Shown here: piece by piece, positions 10,219 to 19,217 of the stretch
How the letters are laid out: each line of letters starts with the position of its first letter
Position numbering within the stretch: position 1 is the first letter of the stretch
Assembly (NCBI GenBank): GCA_050293845.1
Contig: JBNKNM010000028.1
Span: forward strand, 1 to 40,486
DNA: 40,486 nucleotides
Direction of reading: 5' to 3'
From: Pseudobacteriovorax sp.
Lineage (GTDB): Bacteria; Bdellovibrionota_B; Oligoflexia; Oligoflexales; Oligoflexaceae
Program-made: the position numbers and the translations under genes
Notes under the pieces: model-generated
What the model saw: only the letters and a program-made list of their open reading frames with translations
Databases searched by the model: none
What the model was told of the DNA's origin: nothing

Positions 10219-10725
10219 ATGAAAAAGTTAGTTTTAGCACTGTCGCTCTTAGGTTTTATGGGTAGCGCTTCTGCTTCAGTTAATGTACGTTTTGCAGGTG
10301 ACTGCGCTGATGGTCAATTCGACGCTCAAAACCTTGATGTTGAGTACTTTAATCTCAACCTCGACCTGTTTGGTAGTGGTAAAGCAGAATGTGTTATCAC
10401 AACAACAGTTTCTGCACGTCGTGGTTACTATGTTCTTGCTAGTGAATTTTTAGCGCAAGGTCTTGCTTTTGATGTTCAGAATATCGCCACTCTTTTCGTA
10501 AACCATAGGTTCAACGGTCAAGTTATTCCTGGTAAAAGAGATATTGCTCGGTTTGATGAAGACCTAACTGTAATCGACAGAGCATTTGCAAAGTCTCAGT
10601 GTGGTAAAAGAGCTGTCTTAAGAACAAAGATCACAGCTACAACTAACAAGGCTCAGTTCCTATTTGACCAAGCAACGTCAAATACTAAAAAGATTAGTTA
10701 CAAGTACCGTTATGTAAGATGTTAA
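10219..10725 (+). CDS. Secreted 4-Cys beta-rich protein, DUF4360-like
   Basis: Signal peptide ending ASA, AGGAGA RBS, four Cys (GDC, AEC, SQCG, terminal YRYVRC) in a DUF4360-like layout. Confidence 0.75.
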   Translation: MKKLVLALSLLGFMGSASASVNVRFAGDCADGQFDAQNLDVEYFNLNLDLFGSGKAECVITTTVSARRGYYVLASEFLAQGLAFDVQNIATLFVNHRFNGQVIPGKRDIARFDEDLTVIDRAFAKSQCGKRAVLRTKITATTNKAQFLFDQATSNTKKISYKYRYVRC

Positions 10726-10750
10726 TTTAAACATTGAGATACACACAAGT

Positions 10751-10780
10751 GGGACTCTTCAAGAGTTCCCTATTTGTATT
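10751..10780 (+). terminator. Probable intrinsic terminator
   Basis: Hairpin GGGACTCTT-C-AAGAGTTCCC followed by T-rich TATTTGTATT, 25 nt after the stop at 10725. Confidence 0.55.
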
Positions 10781-10791
10781 GAGGGGGAAAC

Positions 10792-11409
10792 ATGAAGCTA
10801 TCTGTGCATGTTTTATTTTTAATTTTGATATCGAAATTTGGGTTGAGCACAATTTTAAAAGCAGAAGAAGGCGAAAACATTCCGTATCAATTTCACGCTG
10901 CAATACTAGGTGAGCATTGTGCTGATGATATAAGTTGGGAGTTCAGTGACAAGACAACAATCGCTACTTTTAAAGACATTTCCCTAACTGTAAACCCTGA
11001 GCAGAATGTAGCCGTCTACCGCTGTAAAATCATTTGGTCACCACTCATAGATTCTGCCCACACCCTACTTTCAGCGCCCGTGGAAGTTATCGGTACTTGG
11101 GAAAATTCAGAGTATGGCACTCTTGATATTCGCATGGGCCATAAACTTCTGGGATTAGGAGATGCTCCCCTCCTCGATCCATATGCACCTGATGTTGGGG
11201 ACTTCAGCCTAAGAAACCATGTTCAAAATTTACACCATCAGGATTGCGAAAATAAATCAAAACTGATAACAACAATCAGAATTCTACTGAGATATAATGA
11301 ATCAAGTGTTGAAGAAACAACCTTGAAGCTGCCAAAGTTAGATTTAAAAAGTCTTATATTGCAAAATGGTGCTTACCAGAATTGTGCAAAGTCACCTATT
11401 GAGAGTTGA
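10792..11409 (+). CDS. Secreted 4-Cys protein, divergent paralogue of 10219-10725
   Basis: Signal peptide, GAGGGGG RBS, and four Cys in matching contexts (GEHCAD, YRCKI, QDCENK-x-LITTI, YQNC). Confidence 0.65.
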   Translation: MKLSVHVLFLILISKFGLSTILKAEEGENIPYQFHAAILGEHCADDISWEFSDKTTIATFKDISLTVNPEQNVAVYRCKIIWSPLIDSAHTLLSAPVEVIGTWENSEYGTLDIRMGHKLLGLGDAPLLDPYAPDVGDFSLRNHVQNLHHQDCENKSKLITTIRILLRYNESSVEETTLKLPKLDLKSLILQNGAYQNCAKSPIES

Positions 11410-11423
11410 AAGGAATAATTTCA

Positions 11424-11753
11424 ATGAAGCGGATTATAACAACTCTAGTTTTAGTCTTTTTAAGCGTACCACCATGGGCTCAAAGTAATATCAATGTTTG
11501 GTTTTCAGATTCGTGTAAAGATACTGGAAGTTTTTATATTCAACAGGGTGACATAGAGTTTTTTAACTTAAATCTGGATACCTTTGCCGATAGTCAAGTG
11601 GTAAGCAATACATGTGTTATAAACGCTGAATTCTCTTCTCGAAGAGGTTACTATTTAGATTTAAGTTGGGTTCAAATTGAAGCATTAGGGAGTGTAGAAG
11701 AACAAGGCGGTGGCGCACTACTTTCTGTTGCTCACCGGACTAATAATGGGTGA
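11424..11753 (+). pseudogene. C-terminally truncated paralogue of 10219-10725
   Basis: INVWFSDSC, DIEFFNLNLDTF, TCVI, SSRRGYY and VAHR align with VNVRFAGDC, DVEYFNLNLDLF, ECVI, SARRGYY and VNHR. It stops before Cys3/Cys4. Confidence 0.7.
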
Positions 11754-12054
11754 TGAATTGGTGCAGTACAGCGATGGTGGGAATGAAGTCACCGTCGAGG
11801 AAATTATGCGATATGACGATGCGACGCAAATGATTCACTGTCAGTGGTTTCATTCCAAAGATGGCGCGCGAGATTTCAAAACAATGAACCATACCATGTT
11901 CTGCTTTTATCCACGTGAGATTGACTATATTGTACAAAGCATGGGTTTCCGCATAAAAGCAAAGTATGGTGACTTTAGCGGTAAGCCTTTCGGTAGTGGT
12001 GATCTGAAGCAGATACTGGTTATGGAAGTGGAGTTGATGAATTTAGCTCTCTAA
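11746..12054 (+). pseudogene. C-terminal remnant of a class I SAM-dependent methyltransferase
   Basis: RYDDATQ...MFCFYPREIDYIVQSMGFRIKAKYGDFSGKPF...KQILV resembles the C-terminus of such methyltransferases. No GxGxG SAM motif is present upstream. Confidence 0.6.
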
Positions 12055-12092
12055 CGTGAGGGTAGCCAGTAAAGCTGTTACCGGAGGAGATC

Positions 12093-12145
12093 CTCGCCAA
12101 CATTGCTTTGCATTTGCTCTATAGGCCAGGAAACTTATTGGCGAG
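12093..12145. terminator. Inverted repeat between convergent genes
   Basis: CTCGCCAA...TTGGCGAG 8-bp arms with a 37-nt spacer and no clear U-tract. Confidence 0.25.
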
Positions 12146-12163
12146 TTGATAAACCAAAGAGCC

Positions 12164-12580
12164 CTAGTATTGGACCGTTAGGAGAAGTTCGCGGCGGCCA
12201 CCATGGTAGCGATGCTCTAACAAATAGATACCCTGCCAGGTTCCTAAGCCCAAGCGGCCTTTTACAATAGGTATTTGTAGGCTCGTCTGGGTCAATGTAC
12301 TTTTAACATGAGCCGGCATATCATCAGCACCTTCTAAGGTATGGCGATATGGGAAGGATTCGGGAGCGATTCTATTGAGGCTCATAGCCAAGTCATGGCG
12401 TACATCGGGATCAGCATTTTCATTAATAGTCAAAGAAGCCGAGGTGTGTTTGATGAAAACATGGAGCAACCCTATAGAAATTTCGCTTAATTCAGGTAAG
12501 GATGACAGGATTTCATCTGTGATAAGGTGACAACCTTGTTTTTTGGCAGGTATCTGCACCTCTCTTTGCAACCAGCCCAT
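12164..12580 (-). CDS. yjbQ: YjbQ/UPF0047 family protein
   Basis: HTSASLTINENADPDV, EGADDMPAHVK and LGTWQGIYLLEHR motifs. Confidence 0.93.
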   Translation of the reverse strand: MGWLQREVQIPAKKQGCHLITDEILSSLPELSEISIGLLHVFIKHTSASLTINENADPDVRHDLAMSLNRIAPESFPYRHTLEGADDMPAHVKSTLTQTSLQIPIVKGRLGLGTWQGIYLLEHRYHGGRRELLLTVQY

Positions 12581-12589
12581 AACTATCTC

Positions 12590-13060
12590 CTATACATGAT
12601 GATAGGGCATACCACGAATAATCGTACTAGCTCTATATAACTGCTCCCAGACCATCAGCCAAGCCATATCACTAGGAAATACGGCGTGAGAAAGGCTCCA
12701 GCTCATATCTGCTACCTGCATCAATGGGGTAGGAAGCCCGTAAGGTCCACCAATCACGAAGTCGACCTGCTTGATATGACTTACTTCCATATGCTTCTGC
12801 ACTATAGTAGCTAATTGTGGCGAACTTAGTATTGAGCCACGTTCATCCAGACAAACGAGAAACTGTCCGGGATCTTTCCTGCCATGCTCTATATTTAACT
12901 TGGACAAAAGTTCTTTTGTGGATTTTTCGGTACCACGAAAAGATTTTGTAATTTCATTCTCAAATTTCAGAAAGCCTTTCAATCGCTTTTCGAACTTTTC
13001 TACCAAGCTAGCATAGGCATTATCAGCCGGCTTACCTATTTTCAGCACTCTAATTTTCAT
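12590..13060 (-). CDS. rlmH: 23S rRNA (pseudouridine1915-N3)-methyltransferase
   Basis: LDERG, FVIGGPYGL and EQLYRA...GMPYH SPOUT motifs; downstream of rsfS. Confidence 0.93.
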   Translation of the reverse strand: MKIRVLKIGKPADNAYASLVEKFEKRLKGFLKFENEITKSFRGTEKSTKELLSKLNIEHGRKDPGQFLVCLDERGSILSSPQLATIVQKHMEVSHIKQVDFVIGGPYGLPTPLMQVADMSWSLSHAVFPSDMAWLMVWEQLYRASTIIRGMPYHHV

Positions 13061-13062
13061 AG

Positions 13063-13410
13063 CTAGGCTTCAAGGGTCATATTCTGAACATCAGGCCACA
13101 GGTTTTCTAAAGCATAGTAATCACGAATCTCGTCCAAGAACACATGCACGATGATTGAGCCGTAATCAATTAAAATCCAATGGCCGGTTTGTTTTCCTTC
13201 TATAGCTAATGGCCGCTGGCTATAGTTGCGCTTGACTGTTTCTTCTATGCTATTACAGATAGCCTGAGTCTGACGTTCATTGGTTGCCGAACAAACGACC
13301 TGATAATCGCAAATATCTGAGCGCGAGCGAAGATCCTGGATCACCACTCTTTGAGCTTTTTTATCCAGTGCCGCAGCGCCTATTTTTTTGGCTAATTCTA
13401 GGTCAGACAT
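13063..13410 (-). CDS. rsfS: Ribosome silencing factor RsfS
   Basis: DKKA and WILIDYGSIIVHVF...RDYYALENLW. Confidence 0.95.
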   Translation of the reverse strand: MSDLELAKKIGAAALDKKAQRVVIQDLRSRSDICDYQVVCSATNERQTQAICNSIEETVKRNYSQRPLAIEGKQTGHWILIDYGSIIVHVFLDEIRDYYALENLWPDVQNMTLEA

Positions 13411-13419
13411 AACTACCTC

Positions 13420-14085
13420 TTATGAATACAGATGATGTTTAATGATATAGTCGCGTACCGCATCGCTGAGTGCTGAATCCGACACCACCTCGTCTCCCTT
13501 ACGGATTTGAGTACTGCTTAGAGGCGATACTTCTTCAGACATAATACGGACTCCTGTGGGAGCTGTTTTCCAAGCTACACCGCAGTCTATTTCTCGATAA
13601 GTGCGTTGCAAACGTTCCGCAAGGAGTTTCACTCGGGACAACAGGTTCTCCCCTCCACGGTTTATGACAATGAGATCGCATTCATCCAATAAATCGTTAA
13701 TACCATACCATGATTCCAAACGATCCAGCTGATCGTAGCCAATCACAATACCAAAAGTTTTATCTGACTTTTGCGAACGTAGGGCCCGGATGGTTTGCAA
13801 GGTATAACTAGGAACTGGCAGTTTGCCTTCGATATCAGACACTTCGATATGATGATGGTCCAAAGTTGCACTTTGGAAATGCAAGCGGGCCATATCTAAG
13901 CGCTGCTGATAGCTAGCATAAACTCTCTTCAATTGATGCGCAGACTGGGGTGGCACCTGGGAAGGTACCACGATGACTTTTGCAGGAACTACGGACAAAA
14001 CAGCTTCCAGACACTTGCTATGACCCTCATGGGGAGGATCGAAGGTTCCGCCGAACATGATGATATCAGGACATATCCTCATCAA
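13420..14085 (-). CDS. nadD: Nicotinate-nucleotide adenylyltransferase
   Basis: FGGTFDPPHEGH, SYTLQT, IGYD and SSTQIR; canonical obg-nadD-rsfS context. Confidence 0.93.
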   Translation of the reverse strand: MMRICPDIIMFGGTFDPPHEGHSKCLEAVLSVVPAKVIVVPSQVPPQSAHQLKRVYASYQQRLDMARLHFQSATLDHHHIEVSDIEGKLPVPSYTLQTIRALRSQKSDKTFGIVIGYDQLDRLESWYGINDLLDECDLIVINRGGENLLSRVKLLAERLQRTYREIDCGVAWKTAPTGVRIMSEEVSPLSSTQIRKGDEVVSDSALSDAVRDYIIKHHLYS

Positions 14086-15197
14086 ATTCCTAGCTCCTCA
14101 TCAAGGGCGGCTGATTGTACCATCTTATATTCTTTATCTTGGTTAAAATCATGATGGCGATTTTCCGACTCTCGGATGACAGATCGCTCCTCGAAGATCA
14201 TATCCCAGAGCTTCAACTTAAGTTCCTTCATTCCCTTTTGGGCTACCGCAGATATAATTAGTATCTCATAACCAAAACTGTTCAGGGGAGATAAGACTTC
14301 GTGCCAGTCAAAATCAGAGCTAGCAAGATCTTTTTTGGTCAAAACGATCAGAGCCCTTTTGTTAGCCAAACGCTCACTAAAGGTTTCCAGTTCTGACTTC
14401 AGAGTTTTCAAAGCCTGATGGGGCTCCATATCGTCGTAGGAAAAGGGATCGATGATATAGGCAATAACCTTAGTTCGTTCCAAGTGGCGTAAAAATTCAT
14501 GGCCCAGCCCTCGGCCTTCACTAGCTCCTGCAATTAAACCTGGGATATCAGCAGCCACAAAAGACCGGTCCCAGTAATCTCCACAGTCTTGAAGGTCTAC
14601 AACTCCCAGCTGCGGCTGTAGCGTGGTAAACGGGTAGTCAGCAATGCGAGGTCGCGCTGCTGAAAGAGCACTTAACAGAGTGGATTTCCCCGCATTGGGA
14701 AATCCCGCAAATCCCACATCTGCTATCAATTTTAATTCCAAGCCCAGCCTAATTTCAACGCCTTCTCCCCCTTCAGTGGACTCCTCAGGAGCTTGATGTG
14801 TAGGTGATAAGTAGCGTAAGTTACCCAGCCCTCGCTTGCCTCCTTTAGCAATCAAAACCCGATCATCCCCCAACACTTCGCTGACAAGTTCACCAGTATC
14901 CTTATCGTAGGCAACCGTTCCAAAAGGAACCTCTATCACAACATCGGCACCATTTTTTCCGGTGCGGCCGTTACTACCACCCTTTTGCCCATCTTCCGCA
15001 GCGTACATACGCTTATAGTACAAGCCACTAAGGGTATTTAGCTGATTATTGCCGCGCAGGTAAACATGACCTCCAAAACCGCCATCACCGCCATCAGCTC
15101 CCAGCTTAGGAGCATTTTTCGCAGCGCGAAAACTAACCATGCCTCGGCCACCATGACCTGATCGAACCCGGATTTCGGTTTCATCAACAAACTTCAC
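14082..15197 (-). CDS. obgE: GTPase ObgE/CgtA
   Basis: Gly-rich Obg N-domain, GFPNAGKST, DYPFTT, DIPGLI and TKKD. Confidence 0.97.
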   Translation of the reverse strand: MKFVDETEIRVRSGHGGRGMVSFRAAKNAPKLGADGGDGGFGGHVYLRGNNQLNTLSGLYYKRMYAAEDGQKGGSNGRTGKNGADVVIEVPFGTVAYDKDTGELVSEVLGDDRVLIAKGGKRGLGNLRYLSPTHQAPEESTEGGEGVEIRLGLELKLIADVGFAGFPNAGKSTLLSALSAARPRIADYPFTTLQPQLGVVDLQDCGDYWDRSFVAADIPGLIAGASEGRGLGHEFLRHLERTKVIAYIIDPFSYDDMEPHQALKTLKSELETFSERLANKRALIVLTKKDLASSDFDWHEVLSPLNSFGYEILIISAVAQKGMKELKLKLWDMIFEERSVIRESENRHHDFNQDKEYKMVQSAALDEELGI

Positions 15198-15296
15198 AGT
15201 GCACCCCTACTTGAATCGAAGTTATCGTTATTTTTATATAGGACCAGAAAAGAATGATCGCAGACAGAGTCGTCTATGCAGCAGGCAGGTAATAAC

Positions 15297-15318
15297 AGGC
15301 TTCCCGACCAGGAAGCCT
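15297..15318 (-). terminator. Hairpin downstream of rpmA (possible terminator or attenuator before obgE)
   Basis: AGGCTTCC-CGACCA-GGAAGCCT perfect 8-bp stem, followed on the minus strand by GTTATT. Confidence 0.45.
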
Positions 15319-15332
15319 TCTGATCATCATGA

Positions 15333-15584
15333 TTAAACAGGAACTATGCTTACACTCTTGCGTTTTGTACTGGTGTTGAACTCAACCTTGCCATCACAAA
15401 GAGCAAATAATGTAAAATCTCTACCTGTACCAACATTCCTACCAGCATGGAAAGTACTTCCCACTTGGCGAACAATAATACTGCCTGCAGTTACCTTTTC
15501 GCCACCATAAGACTTGATGCCTCGGTACTGTGGATTGGAATCGCGACCGTTTTTACTACTTCCGCCGGCTTTCTTGTGAGCCAT
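15333..15584 (-). CDS. rpmA: 50S ribosomal protein L27
   Basis: [16 protein letters not shown]...GRDFTLFA. Confidence 0.99.
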   Translation of the reverse strand: MAHKKAGGSSKNGRDSNPQYRGIKSYGGEKVTAGSIIVRQVGSTFHAGRNVGTGRDFTLFALCDGKVEFNTSTKRKSVSIVPV

Positions 15585-15607
15585 AACTTTACCCCTTCCT
15601 TAGCGCC

Positions 15608-15919
15608 TTAGTGTGTTATCTTATTAATTTCTAAGACTGTGACTGGCTGCTTATGTCCTTTAGTTCTCTTGTAATCCTTGCGACGTTTGAACTTAAAAAC
15701 TAAGATTTTAGGATTATGGTCCTGCCTTTTCACAGTAGCTTCAACAACGGCACCACTTACTAAGGGAGCACCGATCACAGTATTCTCGCCACCAAGCATG
15801 AGAACGTTATCAAAAGTGACCTTGTCACCTTCTTTCTTACCTTCTAAAAAGTCTATCGTTAGCTCATCACCCTGACTCACCTTGTACTGATGACCGCCAG
15901 CTTTGATTACGGCATACAT
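15608..15919 (-). CDS. rplU: 50S ribosomal protein L21
   Basis: MYAVIKAGGHQYKV...KRRKDYKRTKGHKQ. Confidence 0.99.
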   Translation of the reverse strand: MYAVIKAGGHQYKVSQGDELTIDFLEGKKEGDKVTFDNVLMLGGENTVIGAPLVSGAVVEATVKRQDHNPKILVFKFKRRKDYKRTKGHKQPVTVLEINKITH

Positions 15920-16023
15920 CCTTAATCACTCCTACTTATAAATTCGGGCACTTAGCCCAACTTTCATTTTGTGTTTCACTAGAGCCTAATGTGGTATAGC
16001 TACAAGGACCCAGAGAGCGTCAC

Positions 16024-16052
16024 ATGATCTTAAAAAGGGACCCAGTTGTCAA
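16024..16052 (-). promoter_or_regulatory. Putative sigma70 promoter of the rplU operon
   Basis: Minus-strand TTGACA-N17-GATCAT, about 105 nt upstream of rplU. Confidence 0.4.
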
Positions 16053-16299
16053 ATGAAAAAATGGTTATTTTGCCAGTGTCCGGCCGTTAGTTCCTAATAA
16101 ATTGAATATAGGAACAATATTTCCTAGATCAAAGCATTGACGGTCTTTCTCCTCAGCAAGTTTTAAGTCAATATAGCATATACAAAGTAACGTAACATAA
16201 TCTTTGTGATGGCAACGAGTGCCTGAAAGCCAGGAAGGTAATGCTCAACAAGAGCTAAGTATTATCCCACTGTAATCTTTCGTATTTAAGGAGACGGCT

Positions 16300-18072
16300 T
16301 TGCAACTCACTTCCCTTGCCATAACTCCCAGGAGATCGCCTCCTCCTAAGAACCCTGGTTTGAGGTCCCCTTATCAGGATAAGGAGCCTAGAGCTGGATT
16401 TTCACACTTTATGGAGGAGTCTGCTGCAAAGCATAGCAACAACCCAGAACCTAGATCCCCGGCCGTTCCTGCTGCAAAGCATAGCGACAACCCAGAACCT
16501 AGATCCCCGGCTGTTCCTGCTGCAAGTCCCCCAAATCAAAAGGCAGTAGAAACGGAAGAAAAGGTGATGGGAGAAGCTCTTGAAGACAGTCAGGCCTCCG
16601 CGAACATGCCCATGCTGTTAAATCCTCTACCGATGGCGATGGTTGTAGCATCCCTAGAGACTCCATCCGCGCCTCTCCAGGAGAAGCCCCTGTTAGCAGG
16701 CAACCCCTCTCCCGAAACCTTATCTCCCATCATATCCGTTCTTTCAGGACGGGTGGAGTTTGTAGCTCCCCAAGATATGGCCCAGGTTATATGCGACAAC
16801 CCTTTTATAAACAAATCTATGGAATTTAATGACCTCAATCAATTTTTTACCACTCCACAACCCATAAGTGAGTTGGCGTCAGGGTTACAGATTCCGGCTA
16901 AAACCCTACCCATCAATCCTGAAATTGCAGCAACATTGGTAACGCCAAAGGCATTTCTGGAAGATCTAGGCCTAGATGTGCAAAACGTTCAGACAGAGCT
17001 ATCCCTACTCAAGGATGCTTTACCCTTTGAAGGAGTCTCTCCCTACATGGTGCGTTCTGCCGCACTCAGGGCCCAAGGCCTAGGCATCAACTTCAACCTT
17101 AAAGATGAATCCACAGCCGAGAAACCAAATGCATTTCAGCCCACCATGATGACCATCGATGGTGCCTTAAGCAGGAAACCCACCATCCCCCGGGCGGCTA
17201 GCGCCGAAACAGATCTCATGGCTAGAATACAGCAGAACTGGCAAGCTGGTAGCCAGCAGCTCATCCCCTTGACTACCGCAGCAAAAGCAACGCCAGCCCT
17301 TCCCCCAATGGATGAAAAAAGCCAACTGGCAGAGTCTATTGCAAAATCTCATCTAGGCGAGGTTAATCTCCCCCAAGATTTCAATCTTGAAGAGTCCGAA
17401 GACATGACAAATTCTGGGAATCACTCCTTAGATCCCTCCACAGAGATGGACATCGACGCTATAAATTTATCTTTCAGCAAAGATTCTGAAGATGAGCAAA
17501 CGTCCCAAGATAGTGAGCCAGAATCAAACCAAAACCGTTCTGGTCAAGGGTTGCATGAGCCTTTGGCGGTAAACAAACGCTTTTCCATCGCTTCTAAAGA
17601 ACTTGCGACTCCCGATAATGCGACCACCGCACCATTACGCAATACTGTCATTGAGAAGGCGCAAATGCTGCTTAACCAAGGGGGAGGTACCATTTCTGTC
17701 GAGGTAGGAACAGCCGCACTAGGCCCACTAGAGATGGCTATTCAAGTCCATGATAAGCACTTAGAACTAAAGATCACCGCCAGCTCGGATAAGGCACGGG
17801 AAATGCTGAGCCAGGAACTACCAGCATTGCGCCAGGCTCTATTGAACCAAAGCTTGGAGCTAAAAACTGTGGAAATAGGCCTAAGTTCGAACCAGCAGTG
17901 GTCGCAGTCGTTCGATAACTTTCAAGGTCGTCAGCAGCAGCAGTTTTACGAGGAACACCATGAGGAAATTACGACAGCTTCCCCTCCCCATATCCTTGGC
18001 AAGAAAATATCCTACGAATTGAAGTCACAGCCCCTCGGTATCCATGGTGGTCAAATTCAACTAAGAGTATAG
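16300..18072 (+). CDS. fliK: Flagellar hook-length control protein FliK
   Basis: Long Pro/Ser/Glu-rich N-region; C-terminal T3S4-like segment GGTISVEVGTAALGPLEMAIQV...AREMLSQELPALRQAL followed by a Gln-rich tail; directly upstream of flgD; GGAG RBS before the TTG start. Confidence 0.82.
   Translation: MQLTSLAITPRRSPPPKNPGLRSPYQDKEPRAGFSHFMEESAAKHSNNPEPRSPAVPAAKHSDNPEPRSPAVPAASPPNQKAVETEEKVMGEALEDSQASANMPMLLNPLPMAMVVASLETPSAPLQEKPLLAGNPSPETLSPIISVLSGRVEFVAPQDMAQVICDNPFINKSMEFNDLNQFFTTPQPISELASGLQIPAKTLPINPEIAATLVTPKAFLEDLGLDVQNVQTELSLLKDALPFEGVSPYMVRSAALRAQGLGINFNLKDESTAEKPNAFQPTMMTIDGALSRKPTIPRAASAETDLMARIQQNWQAGSQQLIPLTTAAKATPALPPMDEKSQLAESIAKSHLGEVNLPQDFNLEESEDMTNSGNHSLDPSTEMDIDAINLSFSKDSEDEQTSQDSEPESNQNRSGQGLHEPLAVNKRFSIASKELATPDNATTAPLRNTVIEKAQMLLNQGGGTISVEVGTAALGPLEMAIQVHDKHLELKITASSDKAREMLSQELPALRQALLNQSLELKTVEIGLSSNQQWSQSFDNFQGRQQQQFYEEHHEEITTASPPHILGKKISYELKSQPLGIHGGQIQLRV
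16421..16525 (+). repeat. 48-bp in-frame tandem repeat (about 2.2 copies) in fliK
   Basis: Units start at 16421, 16469 and 16517 and encode AAKHS(N/D)NPEPRSPAVP. The two full copies differ at 2 nt. Confidence 0.95.
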
Positions 18073-18081
18073 GTGTGAATT

Positions 18082-19212
18082 ATGAGTGAAATGAGTGGAG
18101 CTTTACAAAACCGGATTGCACCACCAGTGAGTCAATATAACTCAGTAGACTTCTCTGATGCTAAAGTTGACAAGCAGATTGATCAAAAATTAAGCGACGG
18201 AGATAAAACGGATTTTCGTGACCTGATCGCCAACTCCGAGGAAAATATTCAAAAGGAGCGTGAAGCGAAAAAATTGGGTGACTTATCAGCAACAAGTGAA
18301 GAGGAGTTCTTTGATAAGTTAGCAGAGCAGACAAAGCAAAAAAGAGAAATCAAAAAGGAAATGAACAAAGATGACTTTTTGAAACTATTTGTAGCACAAT
18401 TGCAAAATCAAGACCCCTTAAATCCCGATGATGGCACAGAAATGGCCAGTAAACTTGCCCAGTTTAATGGTCTCGAACAAATGATGAATATGAACAAAAC
18501 CATGGAGCAGATGGTCAAGTCACAGAACTTGGGTCGTAACCTCCAGCTCGTGAACTACGTTGGGAAAGAGATTACCGTTGACGGTGGCCGGGTCAAATTA
18601 AAGGATGGTCAGCCATCAAGCTCCACCTTCACTGTCGCTAAATCGGCTACGCGCGCAACACTAAGCATCAGAGACTCCACAGGCATGGTGGTGTCGGAGC
18701 GAGAATTAGGTCCCCTTGATGTTGGTAGCCATCCATTCCAATGGGACGGCAAAAATGATGCCGGTAACCCTGTAGCCGATGGTTTGTACCACTTTTCCAT
18801 CTATGCCCGCGATATCGATGGCAATCAAGTCACTGTTCCCATTACCAGCAAAACGACAATTTCTGGGGTCGACATTCAAAGCGAAACCGGAGAGCTGTTC
18901 ACGGAATTGGGACCTGTCAATTTTGATGACATCAGGTCCGTGGGGAACCCCGGCTACGAAGGCACCCGTGCTGCAGATCGCGCTAAAGCTCAGTTGAATG
19001 ATAGTGCTGCCAAAGCGGCATTCGCGCAAAGAAAATCAGAAAAGACAGCTCAAGACTCCTCGGCACAGAACTTGCCCGCAAAGGATAATCTTACCACCGA
19101 TCACAAAGGACCGGAGCCTTCCAAAAATTCTCTTAAATCCCCTGCAAAATCTTCCGAAGCATCTAAGGGAGTCACTGGCAAAGATGCCAATTTAGAGAAA
19201 GAAGATAAATAA
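18082..19212 (+). CDS. flgD: Flagellar hook capping protein FlgD
   Basis: DDFLKLFVAQLQNQDPLNP...LAQFNGLEQ, plus FlgD-Ig motif FQWDGKNDAGNPVADGLY. Confidence 0.95.
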   Translation: MSEMSGALQNRIAPPVSQYNSVDFSDAKVDKQIDQKLSDGDKTDFRDLIANSEENIQKEREAKKLGDLSATSEEEFFDKLAEQTKQKREIKKEMNKDDFLKLFVAQLQNQDPLNPDDGTEMASKLAQFNGLEQMMNMNKTMEQMVKSQNLGRNLQLVNYVGKEITVDGGRVKLKDGQPSSSTFTVAKSATRATLSIRDSTGMVVSERELGPLDVGSHPFQWDGKNDAGNPVADGLYHFSIYARDIDGNQVTVPITSKTTISGVDIQSETGELFTELGPVNFDDIRSVGNPGYEGTRAADRAKAQLNDSAAKAAFAQRKSEKTAQDSSAQNLPAKDNLTTDHKGPEPSKNSLKSPAKSSEASKGVTGKDANLEKEDK

Positions 19213-19217
19213 CCCAC

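Noticed and set aside
16210..16234. TGGCAAC...TGC as a sigma54 promoter for fliK, plus a small CCTG/CAGG hairpin
   Set aside because: GG-GC spacing is 8 nt rather than 10, and the hairpin is too short for a riboswitch call.
16421..16525. 48-bp repeat as a CRISPR array
   Set aside because: No spacers, in-frame within a CDS, and no cas genes.
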